Shown: in pieces, positions 47,899 through 50,557 of the stretch
Position numbering within the stretch: the stretch's first letter is position 1
Layout: every line of letters starts with the position of its first letter
Assembly: GCA_000438295.1 (NCBI GenBank)
Contig: FR901073.1
Coordinates: 26,576 to 77,132 of the forward strand
DNA from: Clostridium sp. CAG:451
Lineage (GTDB): Bacteria; Bacillota_I; Bacilli_A; RF39; UBA660
DNA: 50,557 nucleotides
Direction: 5' to 3'
The notes under the pieces: model-generated
Database searches by the model: none
Told to the model about the DNA's origin: nothing
Seen by the model: only the letters and a program-made list of their open reading frames with translations
Position numbers and translations under genes: made by a program

Positions 47899-48327
47899 AT
47901 GAATAGTTATATGCAAAAAAAAGAAACAGTTACAAGAAATTGGTATGTAATCGATGCTGAGGGAAAACCTCTAGGACGTGTTGCTAGTAAAGCTGCAGTT
48001 TTACTACGTGGTAAACATAAACCTACTTATACACCTCATATTGATTGTGGAGACTATGTAATTATCGTTAATGCTTCTAAAGTATTATTAACTGGTAATA
48101 AATTAGAAGATAAGAAGTATTACAATCACTCTCAATATCCAGGTGGATTAAGAGTTCGTACTGCTAAAGAAATGGTAGAACGTTATCCAGAAGAAATGGT
48201 AGAAAAAGCTGTTAAAGGTATGTTACCTCATAACCGTTTAGGTCGTGCTATGTACAAGAAGTTATTTGTATATAGAGGTGAGAATCATCCTCATATGGCT
48301 CAAAAACCAGAAGAAATGGATATTTAA
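47899..48327 (+). CDS. rplM: 50S ribosomal protein L13
   Basis: [16 protein letters not shown]...[12 protein letters not shown] is highly conserved L13 sequence. Confidence 0.97.
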   Translation: MNSYMQKKETVTRNWYVIDAEGKPLGRVASKAAVLLRGKHKPTYTPHIDCGDYVIIVNASKVLLTGNKLEDKKYYNHSQYPGGLRVRTAKEMVERYPEEMVEKAVKGMLPHNRLGRAMYKKLFVYRGENHPHMAQKPEEMDI

Positions 48328-48340
48328 GGAGGTTTAAGTT

Positions 48341-48760
48341 ATGGCAAAAGATAAAGTTTATACTGGAACAGGTAGAAGAAAAACATCAGTTGCTCGTGTA
48401 ACTCTTACAAGAGGAACTGGTAAGATTACTATTAATGGTCGCGATGTAAATGAATATTTCCCACACCAAACAATGGTAATGGATTTAACTCAACCATTAG
48501 ATATTACTGGTACAAGAGATATATTTGATGTAACAGCTAATGTATCAGGTGGAGGATGTTCAGGACAAGCTGGAGCAGTAAGACATGGTATTACTAAAGC
48601 ATTATTAATCTATGATGCAGCAACTCCAGTTGAATCAGAAAATAGTTTCCGTAGAATTCTTAAGAAGGAAGGATTTATTACAAGAGATCCACGTAAGAAG
48701 GAACGTAAGAAACCAGGACTTAAAAAAGCACGTCGTGCACCACAATTCTCAAAACGTTAA
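48341..48760 (+). CDS. rpsI: 30S ribosomal protein S9
   Basis: [14 protein letters not shown]...[19 protein letters not shown]...[10 protein letters not shown] is conserved S9 sequence. Confidence 0.97.
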   Translation: MAKDKVYTGTGRRKTSVARVTLTRGTGKITINGRDVNEYFPHQTMVMDLTQPLDITGTRDIFDVTANVSGGGCSGQAGAVRHGITKALLIYDAATPVESENSFRRILKKEGFITRDPRKKERKKPGLKKARRAPQFSKR

Positions 48761-48771
48761 TTGTTTCTATT

Positions 48772-48799
48772 CCTCGAAAATTTATATTTTCGGGGTTTT
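48772..48799 (+). terminator. Intrinsic terminator after rpsI
   Basis: 10-bp stem CCTCGAAAAT / ATTTTCGGGG (one G-U pair), 4-nt loop, then TTTT. Confidence 0.75.
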
Positions 48800-48816
48800 G
48801 TGTTTTTGGAGGTAAA

Positions 48817-49482
48817 ATGAAAAAATTTCTTTCTAATTTTGATTTAAAAATAATTGCTATTATTACTATGACAATTGACCATATTGGAGCTATTATGTAT
48901 CCGAATATAGATATTTTTAGAATAATAGGAAGAGTAAGTTTTCCAATCTTTGCTTTCTTATTGGTAGAAGGATTTAAACATACTAGTAATAAGCTTAAAT
49001 ATTTTTTAAGACTAATCTTATTTGCCATTATTACCCAACCTATTTATGACTACGCATTTAATAATCATGAATTAAATATTTTATTTACATTTGCTTTATC
49101 ATTTCTATTATTGAGTAGTCTAGAATTTATAAAGAAAATTATAAGTAAATATAGTAAAGGTATAGAAAATTATCTTTATAAAACAGTATTTTATTCATTA
49201 ATATATATTTTATTTGTTCTTTTTTCTATAATACTAAATGTTGACTATCAAGCTTTAGGAATAAGTTTAGTCTTTATATTTTATTTAGTACCTAATCTTT
49301 ATTTATCATTTTTACTATATTTGCTAGCAGTTACATTTCTTGCTACTAACACTATTCAGTTTTATAGTTTACTGTCATTTATATTTATCTATATGTATAA
49401 TGGAGAAAAAGGGAAAAATATTAAATACTTCTTTTATCTATATTATCCACTACATCTTTTAATTTTAAAACTGTTTGCTTAA
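48817..49482 (+). CDS. TraX-family membrane (acyltransferase-like) protein
   Basis: The N-terminal motif DLKIIAIITMTIDHIG is typical of the TraX family. Polytopic. Confidence 0.72.
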   Translation: MKKFLSNFDLKIIAIITMTIDHIGAIMYPNIDIFRIIGRVSFPIFAFLLVEGFKHTSNKLKYFLRLILFAIITQPIYDYAFNNHELNILFTFALSFLLLSSLEFIKKIISKYSKGIENYLYKTVFYSLIYILFVLFSIILNVDYQALGISLVFIFYLVPNLYLSFLLYLLAVTFLATNTIQFYSLLSFIFIYMYNGEKGKNIKYFFYLYYPLHLLILKLFA

Positions 49483-49527
49483 TACACAATTAGTTAATTT
49501 TTATGTTAATAAAAAAGTCAAAAATTA

Positions 49528-49556
49528 TTGAATAAGTTGAAAAAATTTGGTAGACT
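49528..49556 (+). promoter_or_regulatory. Putative promoter of the leader transcript (TTGAAT-17 nt-TAGACT with TGn)
   Basis: TTGAAT 49528-49533, TGg at 49548-49550, and TAGACT 49551-49556. Confidence 0.35.
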
Positions 49557-49622
49557 TAGTGTGTAAGGTAGAAATTTTAAAAAGAATCGCTACATACAAA
49601 AAAAGAAAGCAGGTGTCCTTAG

Positions 49623-49727
49623 ATGAATATGTCAAGTAACAGTAAAGTTTACGCAAAGTTAACATGGGGGGGGGCATTAAGTACTAATACTACTTTCTTT
49701 TATCGTGCAAAAAACATAGAGCTATAA
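49623..49727 (+). CDS. Putative 34-codon leader ORF (MNMSSNSKVYAKLTWGGALSTNTTFFYRAKNIEL) containing the G9 tract
   Basis: AGGTG lies 8 nt upstream of the ATG. The stop TAA (49725-49727) lies in the loop of the downstream terminator hairpin. Confidence 0.3.
   Translation: MNMSSNSKVYAKLTWGGALSTNTTFFYRAKNIEL
49666..49674. repeat. Homopolymeric G9 tract
   Basis: Direct reading: ACATGGGGGGGGGCATT. Confidence 0.95.
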
Positions 49728-49745
49728 TCTAGCTCTATGTTTTTT
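49714..49745 (+). terminator. Intrinsic terminator/attenuator immediately upstream of the surface-protein gene
   Basis: ACATAGAGCT (49714-49723) pairs with AGCTCTATGT (49731-49740) across a 7-nt loop, followed by T5 and preceded by A5. Confidence 0.75.
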
Positions 49746-49776
49746 GCTTAAAATAGAAAAGAAGGAGAAGTGGAAA

Positions 49777-50557
49777 ATGAACAAGGAAAAGATAAAAGAT
49801 ATTTTAACTATAGGTGTTTCAGCTTTTATACTAGTAGTAGTAATAGGAATAAGTTACTCTGCTTTCACCTATAGTGGACTAGGTAAGAAAGAAAATAAAA
49901 TTACTACTGGAGCTATTACTATGCTATATACAGAAAGTGATAATACCATTTCTATAAATAATGCACTACCAACGACTGATAATACAGGAAAAACAAGAAA
50001 GAATGCAGGAGAATACTTTGATTTTACTGTTAAATCATCAATTACAGGTAATGCTGATATTAACTATGAAATAGCAGCTAAAGAAGAAACAGGTAATACT
50101 TTTAGTGGTAATAATATTAAGTACTATTTAACTACAGTAAATAGTAATGGAAAAGAGACTGAAGTAATGGCACCAAGAACTTATTATGAAGAGCCATCTG
50201 GAAATGTTTATACCGGAAGACCAGCCGATATGATGAGTTTATATACTGGTAACTTCCAAGAACATATTATGAAGAACCATCAGGGAATATTTATACCGGA
50301 AGACCAGCCGATATGATGAGTTTATATACTGGTAACTTAAAGAATCAAGGAGATACTACTATTAATTATAGATTAAGATTATGGGTAGATGAAAACTATA
50401 ATCCTCAGAATGATAATGGAGGCTTAACTTATAAAGTAAAAATAAGTGTTTATGGACAAACAAGTGATACAGTAGCCCAAGCTGAAGATAAATATTGTTA
50501 TGAAAATGGATTTACTACATTATCAGATTGTATGTTAGTAATGAATAATCATGAAAC
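49777..50557 (+). pseudogene. Secreted/surface protein gene with N-terminal signal anchor, frameshifted by an 83-bp tandem duplication; continues past the window end
   Basis: ATG at 49777 lies after AAGGAGAAG. The frame stops at 50314-50316. The frame that begins at copy 2 (50256) continues open to 50557 (…PRTYYEEPSGNIYTGRPADMMSLYTGNLKNQGDTTINYRLRLWVDENY…). Confidence 0.55.
50173..50338. repeat. Head-to-tail tandem duplication, 2 x 83 bp, with 5 mismatches
   Basis: Copy 1 is 50173-50255 and copy 2 is 50256-50338. The last 49 nt of each copy are identical (50207-50255 and 50290-50338). Confidence 0.9.

Noticed and set aside
48612-49028. ORFs 48612-48815 (+, overlapping rpsI out of frame) and 48720-49028 (-, across the rpsI terminator and traX start)
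   Set aside because: They overlap highly conserved rpsI, an intrinsic terminator and the traX-like gene. They have no RBS.
50245-50262. Programmed -1 ribosomal frameshift at the junction of the two 83-bp copies
   Set aside because: The junction (GGT AAC TTC CAA) has no X XXY YYZ slippery heptamer, and no obvious downstream structure was seen.
1-50557. Mollicutes-type genetic code (TGA read as Trp)
   Set aside because: TGA terminates ORFs at their expected ends, for example 485-487, 20721-20723 and the truA stop at 47800-47802. No conserved gene needs TGA read-through.

Overview
This is a very AT-rich Firmicute chromosomal segment that uses the standard genetic code; TGA ends well-conserved genes such as truA. 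CotF-like and Cse60-like genes suggest a spore-former. The N-domain-less ClpB under CIRCE control and a tmRNA tag ending in AFA give it an Erysipelotrichia or Mollicutes-related flavour, but that taxonomic guess is inference only. Most genes are housekeeping and lie on the + strand. In order they are: comEB, an M15 peptidase, uvrB, rnr, capA-like, smpB and tmRNA, tmk, a sortase B with its substrate, and a CotF-like trio. Next come a C39-like peptidase, a fused MacB-type ABC transporter, tRNA-Thr, a DUF368/GT2/large membrane protein envelope module, cdaA-cdaR, asnS, an S41 peptidase and clpB. The last stretch holds a femAB-MOP flippase-femAB peptidoglycan module, a radical-SAM/patatin pair, a VanY-like peptidase, GH31, an AbiEi/AbiEii defence pair, an SDR, two degenerate EcfA-like ATPases, truA, rplM-rpsI and traX-like. 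I saw no rRNA, CRISPR array, transposase or integrase. I cannot point to one clear large novel multi-gene system. The most unusual items are small-scale. (1) A G9 homopolymer lies in a leader mini-ORF whose stop codon sits in the loop of the terminator before a surface-protein gene. (2) That same gene is broken by an imperfect 83-bp tandem duplication whose differences are mostly synonymous. (3) An unannotated convergent small-hydrophobic-peptide/antisense-RNA locus that looks like a type I toxin-antitoxin sits beside tRNA-Thr. (4) A sortase-B substrate ends in PPKTGV-stop with no membrane-anchor tail. (5) Two EcfA-like ATPases with all catalytic motifs eroded, and no ecfT, sit at the conserved ecf position before truA. 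(6) An AbiE pair has nested inverted repeats over its promoter and RBS. All family assignments come from motif recognition by eye. No database search was run.
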